Virus record (IMG/VR): IMGVR_UViG_3300031555_002005
DNA from: a virus
Taxonomy: Duplodnaviria; Heunggongvirae; Uroviricota; Caudoviricetes
Length of the DNA stretch: 17,297 nucleotides
Strand: one strand, 5' to 3'
Of the stretch, positions 6,388 through 14,328 are shown piece by piece; the first letter of the stretch is position 1, and each line of letters opens with the position of its first letter. The position numbers were made by a program, and so were the translations under genes. The notes beneath the pieces were generated by a model. That model worked only from the letters and a program-made list of their open reading frames with translations, was not told where the DNA came from and made no database searches.

Positions 6388-6405
6388 CGGAGGTAAAAGA
6401 AATCT

Positions 6406-6591
6406 ATGGCAAAAGATGAAACTTGGTTCAAGTCCATTAAGTGGGGCAAGGCATGCTTAAATTGCCACAAGGCAAACAATGGCACATGCCCCGACAAAAG
6501 CTGTGCAGAAATGTATTATGACAGCAACGGAGATCCAATTAAGGCAAGCTCTGTATGCTATGACGGAGATTACAAGGAGTCCAAGGTATGA
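6406..6591 (+). CDS. Small Cys-rich protein (61 aa)
   Basis: GGAGGT RBS; five Cys including CLNC. Confidence 0.75.
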   Translation: MAKDETWFKSIKWGKACLNCHKANNGTCPDKSCAEMYYDSNGDPIKASSVCYDGDYKESKV

Positions 6592-6758
6592 AGAGACAAA
6601 AACTCTGGAGTGCCTACATCATGGTACTCAACCACAAAATCTACCTTTGCAAGCATATGACCACAACGGAAATCATCAAGTGGCTCACAAATAACTGCAA
6701 AATCATTGGCACAAGCTACTTCATGTGTGACACTGAAGTGTTTTGCGAATGTAAGTAA
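6588..6758 (+). CDS. Small hypothetical protein (56 aa)
   Basis: AAGGAG RBS; ATGA overlap; MKRQKLWSAYIMVLNHKIYLCKHM...VFCECK. Not in the ORF track. Confidence 0.7.
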   Translation: MKRQKLWSAYIMVLNHKIYLCKHMTTTEIIKWLTNNCKIIGTSYFMCDTEVFCECK

Positions 6759-6770
6759 GGGAGGCAATTT

Positions 6771-6923
6771 ATGTATATCTACCACAACAAAGAAGGCAAA
6801 CAAACTCGCATCAAAGAATTCAGCAACGTAAGCGACATGTTCCATTGGTGTGAAATGAATTGCACCAGAGTCAAAGGCAACTACTATATGAATGGAAACT
6901 TAATCCTGTGTAAACTTAAGTAA
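6771..6923 (+). CDS. Small hypothetical protein (50 aa)
   Basis: GGAGG RBS; MYIYHNKEGKQTRIKEFSNVSDMFHWCEMNC...LCKLK. Not in the ORF track. Confidence 0.75.
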   Translation: MYIYHNKEGKQTRIKEFSNVSDMFHWCEMNCTRVKGNYYMNGNLILCKLK

Positions 6924-6936
6924 AGGAGACATAAAT

Positions 6937-7002
6937 ATGTTCTACGCATTCTTGTTCTACATCGTCTTCGGTGGTTTAACTCTCTTGATGCATAATGGTT
7001 GA
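6937..7002 (+). CDS. Hydrophobic micropeptide (21 aa)
   Basis: AAGGAG 8 nt upstream; MFYAFLFYIVFGGLTLLMHNG; fits exactly between neighbours. Confidence 0.55.
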   Translation: MFYAFLFYIVFGGLTLLMHNG

Positions 7003-7014
7003 GAGGTAAGGCAA

Positions 7015-7224
7015 ATGAACTCTATCGCAGCGTTAGCTCACAACGCAAACTTAATCAGCAAAGCTCAAACGTTTATTAATAATTTCCTCAAAGGCAAAAA
7101 CACAATGTTATATGCAATCAATCCCGATGGCAGCTTTATGGAAATACAGCCTGGATGTACTCTGTTGAGCATGGAACGTTATCAAATGGAAATTTATATT
7201 GGAGGTAAAGTAAATGCACCCTAA
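7015..7224 (+). CDS. Hypothetical protein (69 aa)
   Basis: GAGGT RBS, operon packing. Confidence 0.65.
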   Translation: MNSIAALAHNANLISKAQTFINNFLKGKNTMLYAINPDGSFMEIQPGCTLLSMERYQMEIYIGGKVNAP

Positions 7225-7435
7225 TTATTATTGTTATTGCCACAAAAGCGAAAGATACATCAAGGATGACTCCAAGAAGTATCGACTGGTCATTATGGAT
7301 GCCGAAGGGAAAACCACTTTCGGTGCATGCATCTATGATAGCTTGGAAGAAATGAATGAAGCTATGGCTGAAGTGCGTGATGTACTCACCAAGTATGGAA
7401 TCAATAGCCATGTAGGATACATGGAGGTAGGGTAA
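7214..7435 (+). CDS. Hypothetical protein (73 aa)
   Basis: GGAGGT RBS. Confidence 0.75.
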   Translation: MHPNYYCYCHKSERYIKDDSKKYRLVIMDAEGKTTFGACIYDSLEEMNEAMAEVRDVLTKYGINSHVGYMEVG

Positions 7436-7633
7436 ATGAAAATTAACAGAATGCTTGGAGCTACTGAACGCAACGGAAAGCGTTGCATTTTCTGTGGCAA
7501 AGATAAGTCTGTTAAGTATGAAGTTAACATTCATAATAGTGAAATTGCACCGAAGCCTTTCGATGCATATTGCTGTAACAGATGTGCACTTCAGAAAAAC
7601 ATTCTTGGAGCAAGAGAAATGGAAAGGAAATGA
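7436..7633 (+). CDS. Small Cys4 zinc-binding-like protein (65 aa)
   Basis: CIFC and CCNRC motifs; GGAGGT RBS. Confidence 0.7.
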   Translation: MKINRMLGATERNGKRCIFCGKDKSVKYEVNIHNSEIAPKPFDAYCCNRCALQKNILGAREMERK

Positions 7634-7637
7634 CACT

Positions 7638-7823
7638 ATGAACATTCGTTATAAAGTTTACTATCGTACCAAGGAACAGGTAGAAGCAAATGAAATCTAT
7701 CCTGTATCTTGGACAGATACTCTGCCCCATAAGAAAATTCGTGCCAAGTCTCCTGACAAGGCAATGGAAATCTTCAAGCAGAAGCATCCTGATCTCATTC
7801 CTTTCGTAGCATCTCTGTATTAA
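7638..7823 (+). CDS. Hypothetical protein (61 aa; start corrected to 7638)
   Basis: AAAGGA RBS before ATG 7638; MNIRYKVYYRTKEQ... Confidence 0.75.
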   Translation: MNIRYKVYYRTKEQVEANEIYPVSWTDTLPHKKIRAKSPDKAMEIFKQKHPDLIPFVASLY

Positions 7824-7837
7824 GGAGGGTAAGGCAA

Positions 7838-8200
7838 ATGGCAAAAATGACTCAAATATCTCAGGACAAGCTCAAAAGTGGCATGATTCTTGAGCGTCGT
7901 GACGGAAAGAGATTTCTCTTATTCAAGGATATTTACCCAGACAGAAACAATGTAAACAGAGCCATATGTATGGACAACAGTCAAACATTCATTCGTATGG
8001 TTGACTACAGCGACAATCTCATCTTCCTTTCTAAGAAAAGGGAATATGACATTGTAAAAGTCTGGTTACCAACGCATCTGGAGCAAATATTTGCAGACTC
8101 TCCCACTGTGGCAGAAGTGATTTGGGAGCGACCCAAAGAGAAATACACATATGAACAGCTCAAGGCAATTATTGGGCATGACTTTGACTTCGTTGGGTAA
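7838..8200 (+). CDS. Conserved-type Bacillota phage hypothetical protein (120 aa)
   Basis: LKSGMILERRDG..YDIVKV..IWER..YTYEQLKAIIG pattern, recognised by eye as common in phage early regions. Confidence 0.8.
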   Translation: MAKMTQISQDKLKSGMILERRDGKRFLLFKDIYPDRNNVNRAICMDNSQTFIRMVDYSDNLIFLSKKREYDIVKVWLPTHLEQIFADSPTVAEVIWERPKEKYTYEQLKAIIGHDFDFVG

Positions 8201-8218
8201 CAGAAAGGAAACATTACA

Positions 8219-8467
8219 ATGGCAAAGAAAACTATCGACATGGTAGCTATCACACTAGACAAGGCAAACGCACAGAACTGCACTTGCTTCATCACATTCC
8301 TTGCAACAGGATTCCTCGCAATTGCAATGATGCTTGTGGCATGTGTACTTCCTGCCATGGTGACAACTGTAACAGAAATCATCTGTTGGATTTCCATGGG
8401 TCTTGAAGCAGCGTCAATTGGTTTGGGCGTTGTAGCTATCTGGATTAAGAAGCATGCTCTGCAGTAA
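8219..8467 (+). CDS. Membrane protein with two transmembrane helices (82 aa)
   Basis: Two hydrophobic stretches; AAAGGA RBS. Confidence 0.75.
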   Translation: MAKKTIDMVAITLDKANAQNCTCFITFLATGFLAIAMMLVACVLPAMVTTVTEIICWISMGLEAASIGLGVVAIWIKKHALQ

Positions 8468-8481
8468 AGGAGGACAAAACC

Positions 8482-8685
8482 ATGAGTTATGACCCATATA
8501 TTACATCTCACTCTCCAGTGTTTACGACTGCGCCAAAATATATTGAGCAGAAGTTGAGAATTCTGAAGCGTGATTTTTGCATCAAGCCAACGGAAGCAGA
8601 GCTTGAGCATCTCAACACTCTGACAACGCAGACTCAGATTGATAACGCAATTCTCACAATCATTGCACATCACTGGGATAAATAA
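8482..8685 (+). CDS. Hypothetical protein (67 aa)
   Basis: AAGGAGG RBS. Confidence 0.8.
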   Translation: MSYDPYITSHSPVFTTAPKYIEQKLRILKRDFCIKPTEAELEHLNTLTTQTQIDNAILTIIAHHWDK

Positions 8686-8696
8686 GGAGAATTGAA

Positions 8697-9080
8697 ATGA
8701 GAGCAGACTTAACAATGGAAACTAACCACTGGGTAGTTGAAGATCCTGCTTGGGCTAATTACAGCAAGTGTGTATGCACTCCAGAACATTACTGGACAGG
8801 TTATTACGGAACTGATTTCTTTCTAAAAAGTGGAAAGACAGGTTTCTTCCATGTAACATGGCCTAATATTGCAGAACATTTTTATTCACTGCAATGGGAA
8901 CAAGAACCATTCCATCGTAGAGCAATTTTTGCTTCCTATTCTTTATCAGAAATCCAACGATTTATTGATACTATGAGCTGGCCTTGGAAAAGCAAAAGAT
9001 ATAGCCTTAGTGTTACAGATGAAGTAACAAAGAAACATATTCCTATTACTGATTTTATCGGCATTCAAGCAAAAGTTTAA
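8697..9080 (+). CDS. Hypothetical aromatic-rich protein (127 aa)
   Basis: AAGGAG RBS; Trp/Tyr-rich. Confidence 0.8.
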   Translation: MRADLTMETNHWVVEDPAWANYSKCVCTPEHYWTGYYGTDFFLKSGKTGFFHVTWPNIAEHFYSLQWEQEPFHRRAIFASYSLSEIQRFIDTMSWPWKSKRYSLSVTDEVTKKHIPITDFIGIQAKV

Positions 9081-9126
9081 CATTGATAGTTGCTCATCTA
9101 CAAGGTGAGCAACAGTGAGTGTTAAA
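9076..9126 (+). other. Long imperfect intergenic stem-loop
   Basis: TTTAACATT/AGTGTTAAA base, internal loop, GTTGCTCATC-TACAA-GGTGAGCAAC top; no T tract. Confidence 0.65.
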
Positions 9127-9253
9127 CTCAAACATAACAGAAAGGAATGATTCCAATGAAGTAGCAAACACTTGACGAGCAACCACAACGTACAAACAAC
9201 ACGAACAAACCAAAACAAATGACAAAACTTATTTATTAAAAGGAGATTTAACT

Positions 9254-9808
9254 ATGTTTACTATCAACACTATCGTTCGCCCCCTGTCCACTGCTGACCG
9301 TGAGTACTCCGTCTGTGGCAATTCCGTTATGCGTAAGGCAAAGGTTGTTAAGACCTTCCCTCGTAATGCAGAAGGCAACAACATCACCATCGAGATCCTG
9401 GAGCACGTTGACCCCAGCAGAGTAGGAAAGAAGTACAAGGTTGATGACCGCTTCTTTGAAGCAGTCGAGCAGGAATGGATTTGGGTTGATGCCTACAAGG
9501 GCACCGATGCAAACATGGTCTGTAAGGGCAAGCAGTATCGTATGAATGTGGAAGACAACTACAACGGCAAGGTTGTGCTGGGCTCCAAGGGATATCATGT
9601 CTGCACTGACCTGAAGCATGTCTTCAAGGATTATGACTATGACTTCCGCAATCGCTTCTTCAAGGTAAAGGCACTGGTCAAGGCAACTGATTACCAGTAC
9701 CGCAACCCCAACAACACTGTTCTGGTTGCCAAGGCAATCAAGTTCGTTCAGGAAATCACTGAAGCATCTGAAACTCTGACTGCAAAGCGTAACTCTGTTC
9801 ACCGCTAA
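9254..9808 (+). CDS. Phage protein with C-terminal DUF7666-like domain (184 aa)
   Basis: AYKGTDANMVCKGKQY..KGYHVC..VFKDY..RFFKV..LVAKAIKFVQEI resembles the YKG-D-C..Y..G.H.C phage domain; highly biased codons. Confidence 0.7.
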   Translation: MFTINTIVRPLSTADREYSVCGNSVMRKAKVVKTFPRNAEGNNITIEILEHVDPSRVGKKYKVDDRFFEAVEQEWIWVDAYKGTDANMVCKGKQYRMNVEDNYNGKVVLGSKGYHVCTDLKHVFKDYDYDFRNRFFKVKALVKATDYQYRNPNNTVLVAKAIKFVQEITEASETLTAKRNSVHR

Positions 9809-9817
9809 TCTTCGCAA

Positions 9818-9842
9818 GGGAGCCTCTGAATAAGGGGCTCCC
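9818..9842 (+). other. Intergenic 10-bp hairpin without U tract
   Basis: GGGAGCCTCT-GAATA-AGGGGCTCCC, one G.U. Confidence 0.6.
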
Positions 9843-9908
9843 ATTCCCATTATCTGAATTTGACAATAATACATTACAGCCTAAGGGCAGAAATGGAGAA
9901 TATATATT

Positions 9909-10478
9909 ATGAAAAAGACTACTATTAACATTCAGAACGAAGCAAACATCAAGGCAGAAGGCAAGCTGAATTCCAGACATTGCAAGCCCGTTATTTGTCT
10001 TGAAACTGGTGAAGTGTTCAGCAGTGTGACGGATGCGGCAGAGGCAATTGGTTGTGCTCCCAATAACCTGTCTATCCATTTGACTGGCAAATTGCGTACA
10101 ATCAAGGGAAAGCATTTTTGCTATCTCTCTCGTGTAAACGAAAGCCTGGATGCAATCGTTACCCGTCTGCGTGAAACTGCCGCAGTCGAAGCAGATGCAA
10201 AGAAGTGGCAGGCATATCAGGCAGAACAGGAAGCAATTCGCAAGGCAGAAGAAGAGCGCATTGAAGCAGAACGCAAGGCTGAAGAGAAGCGTCTTGAAGA
10301 AGAGCGTAAAGCAAGGGAAAAGCGTGAAAGGGAAATTGCCAAGGCAGACGCAAAGGTTGAGCGTTGTCAGACCATTCGTGATCGTATTGCGGCTCAGCTG
10401 GCAGAAGCAGAACGTAATCTGATGACAGCGCAGATGGAGCGTGAAGCTCTTGATGATGAAGGAGAGGAGGTAGCATGA
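9909..10478 (+). CDS. NUMOD1-like DNA-binding domain plus long charged coiled coil (189 aa)
   Basis: KPVICLETGEVFSSVTDAAEAIG..LSIHLTGKLRTIKGKHFCY matches the NUMOD1/IENR1 pattern; no nuclease motif; EK/ER-rich C-terminal half. Confidence 0.75.
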   Translation: MKKTTINIQNEANIKAEGKLNSRHCKPVICLETGEVFSSVTDAAEAIGCAPNNLSIHLTGKLRTIKGKHFCYLSRVNESLDAIVTRLRETAAVEADAKKWQAYQAEQEAIRKAEEERIEAERKAEEKRLEEERKAREKREREIAKADAKVERCQTIRDRIAAQLAEAERNLMTAQMEREALDDEGEEVA

Positions 10479-10603
10479 CACCTGAAATAAGACCAGTTCA
10501 TGAACACTTTGAAGTGTACATTAATGGACAATTTTATTGCTCTGCTGACACACGAAGAGAAGCAGATGACGAAATCAAAAACTATGTAAACACAGTCATT
10601 TGA
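10475..10603 (+). CDS. Small phage protein (42 aa), H-x-EVYxNG-x-F-x-SAD type
   Basis: GAGGAGG RBS; ATGA overlap; MTPEIRPVHEHFEVYINGQFYCSADTRREADDEIKNYVNTVI. Confidence 0.75.
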   Translation: MTPEIRPVHEHFEVYINGQFYCSADTRREADDEIKNYVNTVI

Positions 10604-10634
10604 CATCAATGGAAATGACAGAAAGGGTAAACAA

Positions 10635-11456
10635 ATGAGAATCCTGTTAAGAAAATGTGGCAATAACTTCTACATCTGGAAAGATGCCATCTATGGAAAT
10701 GGCAACTATTTCATCAAAGAAGAAGGCAAGCAAAATGTAATGGTTGCTCAGACCAACATCTTAGCTGTTGATGAAGATGATAGAGTTGGCTATGTGAAGT
10801 GCGCTAATTGTGGCGCAATCATTAAGAATGACCCCGAAAGTATTGAGGCGCACTTCGCAGAGCAGGAAGCTAAGCGAAACTGTCTTGCTTGTGAAGATAT
10901 GGCACATACTGGGGACGAGAAAGATGTTGCAGTTCAGTATACAAAGAATGATGACGGAACTTATCACTTTGTAAAAGAATGCAATACAAAGCTTGGTTGT
11001 TCCTACAATTCTTACTTCAACTATGTAGACATTAACTCTGAACATGTCACAGAACGTTGTAAATACTTCCAGTGTCGTAGGAAGGGAATGAGCGAAATTG
11101 ATGATGTGTTTGTTAAATACCCTGGCATTTTTAATAAGCAAATCACAATCGACTGGCTCACTAAAAATGGATTTACAAACAAGGGGTACAATGGAGACCG
11201 CAATAGAGAGTGGTATGTTGACCTTGGCATGCGTGGCAGAGTTCTGTTTGCAATCGTAAATGAATTCGGTATTGTAGACCATTTCGACATTCATCATAGA
11301 TATGAGAGATGGACAGCTTATTATTCCGAAAAGTATGATAAGTTGTTCTTTGTGAACGGAAGTAAATATACTGACGTGATGCCTGACAATCTTTCTCAGA
11401 CAAAATATAATAACGCTAAAAAGATAATTGAAAAGCTGTACAAGGAGGCAGAGTAA
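10635..11456 (+). CDS. Cys-rich hypothetical protein (273 aa) with zinc-ribbon motifs
   Basis: CANC, CLAC and further Cys; stop abuts next ATG. Confidence 0.85.
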   Translation: MRILLRKCGNNFYIWKDAIYGNGNYFIKEEGKQNVMVAQTNILAVDEDDRVGYVKCANCGAIIKNDPESIEAHFAEQEAKRNCLACEDMAHTGDEKDVAVQYTKNDDGTYHFVKECNTKLGCSYNSYFNYVDINSEHVTERCKYFQCRRKGMSEIDDVFVKYPGIFNKQITIDWLTKNGFTNKGYNGDRNREWYVDLGMRGRVLFAIVNEFGIVDHFDIHHRYERWTAYYSEKYDKLFFVNGSKYTDVMPDNLSQTKYNNAKKIIEKLYKEAE

Positions 11457-12755
11457 ATGAATAAGGCAGATTTGAAGCAGAAATGGTCTAAGTACTGTGA
11501 TACAGACCAGCTTGTCAATGACATGATGGCAATGTTCAAGCGATATGGGCACAACTGCACTGAGCATGGTGTTTGTGTTGCGCTCAATACATATTTTACA
11601 AATAAAGCCCCCTTGATTGATTTGATTTCTGGCTCCAAGAATTACCTGGGCAATATGCGTATTGCTGTACAAAAGGAATTTGATAGACAGATTGGCGGAA
11701 ATGAAGTCTATGCTTTTATCAATACTTTTGAGAGAACGTTCCATCCCAGCATTTTGCTAAAGAGCACAGACGAAGACAATAAAACTCTTGAGCATTATTT
11801 CAAGACTGGCAAAAATTCTTTCTCTATTGACAGTTTGCCAAGTGAGGAGGATTATGCAGACAGACTGGGCAAAATGCGTAAATTTGATTACAATAGAAAT
11901 TATCTCTTAAAATCCTGGCAAAATTATAATGCATATGCCGAATATCTGCGCAACTTCAGATATCAGCAGCGTTCCGCCATATTGAATGACATGCATTATG
12001 GAAATGGCCCCGAACTGAAAAAGGGAACCAAGACCAGCCGTGCATTTAATCATGTCTGTACTCACTATGGCATCGACAAGATGTACCCTGAATATGTTAC
12101 TGTCGTAAGAGATGGACAGGAAACAAGAAGAACTATTTATCCGTATGACAAGATGTTTGCACAATTTGCAGATTTGGTGTCCGACCTCAAACGCAAGTTG
12201 TACTTTGTTATTAGCCTCAATCCCCTGGATTACTTCACGATGTCGGTTGGCATCAATTGGAAGAGCTGTCATCACATTGAGACTGGCTCTTGGAAGGGAG
12301 GCTGCATGTCTTATATGCTTGACAAAACTTCCATGATTACATATGTCATTTCCACGCTTGAAGGTGACATTCATGAAGCGCCCAAGTATTATAGACAGAT
12401 GTATCATTACAAGAACAATTTGTTTATTCAGAACAGACTGTATCCTCAGGGAAATGATGGTGCAACAGATTTGTATGAAAAGTTCAGAGGCTTTGTCATT
12501 GAGGAATTTTCCCCATTGCTTGATGTAGACGAGCATTGGTGTGCACAGCAGGGCACCAGTGGATTCGTTTACAGCGAAGGCGTGCACTACAGAGATTACG
12601 GAAATAACATTAAATGTGGCGTTTTCTATCCGAAATCCAGAGCTGATGATGCACAAAATCAAAAAATGACAATTGGACATGAAGGTATCTGTATCAAATG
12701 TGGCAGAGTGCATTCTGATGCCTATGCATTCAGTCATCGCAACTGTGTAATTTAA
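11457..12755 (+). CDS. Hypothetical protein (432 aa) with DYFTMS..W-x-SC motif and C-terminal CxxC
   Basis: AAGGAGG RBS; ISLNPLDYFTMSVGINWKSCHH, RLYPQ, CIKC..HRNC; function not assignable. Confidence 0.85.
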   Translation: MNKADLKQKWSKYCDTDQLVNDMMAMFKRYGHNCTEHGVCVALNTYFTNKAPLIDLISGSKNYLGNMRIAVQKEFDRQIGGNEVYAFINTFERTFHPSILLKSTDEDNKTLEHYFKTGKNSFSIDSLPSEEDYADRLGKMRKFDYNRNYLLKSWQNYNAYAEYLRNFRYQQRSAILNDMHYGNGPELKKGTKTSRAFNHVCTHYGIDKMYPEYVTVVRDGQETRRTIYPYDKMFAQFADLVSDLKRKLYFVISLNPLDYFTMSVGINWKSCHHIETGSWKGGCMSYMLDKTSMITYVISTLEGDIHEAPKYYRQMYHYKNNLFIQNRLYPQGNDGATDLYEKFRGFVIEEFSPLLDVDEHWCAQQGTSGFVYSEGVHYRDYGNNIKCGVFYPKSRADDAQNQKMTIGHEGICIKCGRVHSDAYAFSHRNCVI

Positions 12756-12776
12756 AAATAACGGAGGTAAATACTA

Positions 12777-13799
12777 ATGAAAACTTTTGAAGATATTTGC
12801 AGAATGACTCAGTACGAAGTCAAACAGTATATGAAAGGTTACCTCGCAAGCCACAAGTACAAAGTCATTGATCAGGATGGTTTCCTGTATGCAAAGGGAG
12901 ATGTACCTGTGCTCATCATTGCTCACATGGATACTGTGCACGACAAGCAGTGCAAGGAAATCAATAACATTAATGGCAAGTTGAGTTCCCCTCAGGGCAT
13001 CGGTGGCGATGACAGATGTGGTGTGTTTATTATCATGAATCTGGTGAAAGAACTGCATTGTTCTGTGCTTCTTTGTGAAGATGAAGAGAGAGGTTGCATC
13101 GGCGCAAACAAGTTCAAGAAAGCAACTTATAAGGATGCCGAAGGGAACGAGCAGTACTACATCAAGAATCTTGATGTCAACTACATGGTTGAATTTGACC
13201 GCAAGGGCAACAATGATGCAGTGTTCTATCATTGTGGAAATGAAGAATTTATTGACTTCATTGAAGACGCAACTAACTTCAAGTTTGCAAGAGGTTCCAT
13301 GTCTGACATCTCTGCGCTAATGGAAGCGGCAAACCTGAGCGCAGTCAATCTGTCCTGTGGCTATTACAATGCACATTTCGTGACTGAGTATGTGATGTAT
13401 GATGAAATGATGGACACTGTTGATGCAGCAGCAGCGCTTATCAAATCGAAATGTGACAAGCCTTTTGTGTATGTAAAAAAGAAACCTGAGGTTCCTACCA
13501 GCTGGCAGAACTTCAATAACAGCCACAAGTCTTATACTCCTGGCTATGCAAAAGGGTATGAAGAAGATGAGTACTATGGAAGTTTGTTTGACAGCCCTGC
13601 AGAATATAAAGACGAGCATCTTGCAAATATTGCACTGAATGACAATGAGCTTGAGCTTGAAGTAACTATCTATGGACCGTCTTTAAGCGAACAGAATCTG
13701 CTTGCAGTTGGTGAAACCAAGGCAGAATGTTGGATGACTCTGTTCCTCGAGAATCCCAATCTGTGCTTCAATGACATTGTTGATTACTCTTGGAACTAA
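12777..13799 (+). CDS. M28/M20-type zinc metallopeptidase-like protein, cytoplasmic
   Basis: AHMDTV, GGDDRCG, EDEERG, EFDRKG, SDIS, NLSCGYYNAH co-catalytic metal-site motifs in order; no signal peptide. Confidence 0.8.
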   Translation: MKTFEDICRMTQYEVKQYMKGYLASHKYKVIDQDGFLYAKGDVPVLIIAHMDTVHDKQCKEINNINGKLSSPQGIGGDDRCGVFIIMNLVKELHCSVLLCEDEERGCIGANKFKKATYKDAEGNEQYYIKNLDVNYMVEFDRKGNNDAVFYHCGNEEFIDFIEDATNFKFARGSMSDISALMEAANLSAVNLSCGYYNAHFVTEYVMYDEMMDTVDAAAALIKSKCDKPFVYVKKKPEVPTSWQNFNNSHKSYTPGYAKGYEEDEYYGSLFDSPAEYKDEHLANIALNDNELELEVTIYGPSLSEQNLLAVGETKAECWMTLFLENPNLCFNDIVDYSWN

Positions 13800-13817
13800 G
13801 AAGGAGATTAGAAAATT

Positions 13818-14240
13818 ATGGACAACAAGGTAATTGAAGTTCTTGATTACATGGGCGAAAAGTTAGGAATTGCCATTGATTGGACTTCCGAAAATGTTAT
13901 GCCTCAGGTAATGAAGTTCATGGAACGTTATCAGGTGTATGCAATGGTTGAGAGTGGAATTCATATAATCATATTTATGGTTTTTATCGCCGTTGCTACA
14001 TTTTTTCTTAAGATAATGTACAAGGGAGTTAAAACCAGGAACGAAGATAATATTTGGTATAGCATTCATTGGGAGACAGGTGGAGTTATCCCGATTGTAA
14101 TTGGAATCCTAGTTGTAATTGGTATAGGAGCAGCCATTGTAAATGCGATTACTCATATATTCAATATTGCAAAATGGGCACTCATTCCTGAAATGCAGTT
14201 CTTTGAAACATTTTCTAACTACCTGAAGAGTGCAGGCTAA
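13818..14240 (+). CDS. Membrane protein with two transmembrane helices (140 aa)
   Basis: AAGGAG RBS; two hydrophobic segments. Confidence 0.85.
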   Translation: MDNKVIEVLDYMGEKLGIAIDWTSENVMPQVMKFMERYQVYAMVESGIHIIIFMVFIAVATFFLKIMYKGVKTRNEDNIWYSIHWETGGVIPIVIGILVVIGIGAAIVNAITHIFNIAKWALIPEMQFFETFSNYLKSAG

Positions 14241-14244
14241 ATGG

Positions 14245-14296
14245 TTAGCACTGATCTTGCCCATCAGTTAATCTGGTGGGTAAGGATGAGCGCTAA
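14245..14296 (+). other. Long imperfect intergenic stem-loop
   Basis: TTAGC/GCTAA base, A.C and G.G mismatches, 12-bp top CTTGCCCATCAG-TTAAT-CTGGTGGGTAAG. Confidence 0.7.
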
Positions 14297-14328
14297 GCTT
14301 AAAACTAAAGATGAAAGGAAAATGACAT

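Noticed and set aside
6406-6591. CxxCH heme-binding motif (CLNCH)
   Set aside because: No signal peptide for export to the cytochrome c maturation machinery; more likely zinc ligands.
6311-9164. Possible TAG recoding (TAG is rare as a stop: 6311, 9162)
   Set aside because: Long genes are intact under code 11 with no internal TAG, and gene packing is already complete.
9860-9890. Perfect TTGACA upstream of the 9909 gene
   Set aside because: No -10-like hexamer at normal spacing.
4026-12737. Long minus-strand ORFs (4026-4802, 8005-8715, 9248-9874, 9756-10481, 10761-11744, 11907-12737)
   Set aside because: Antisense shadows of codon-biased plus-strand genes; no RBS and no recognisable motifs.
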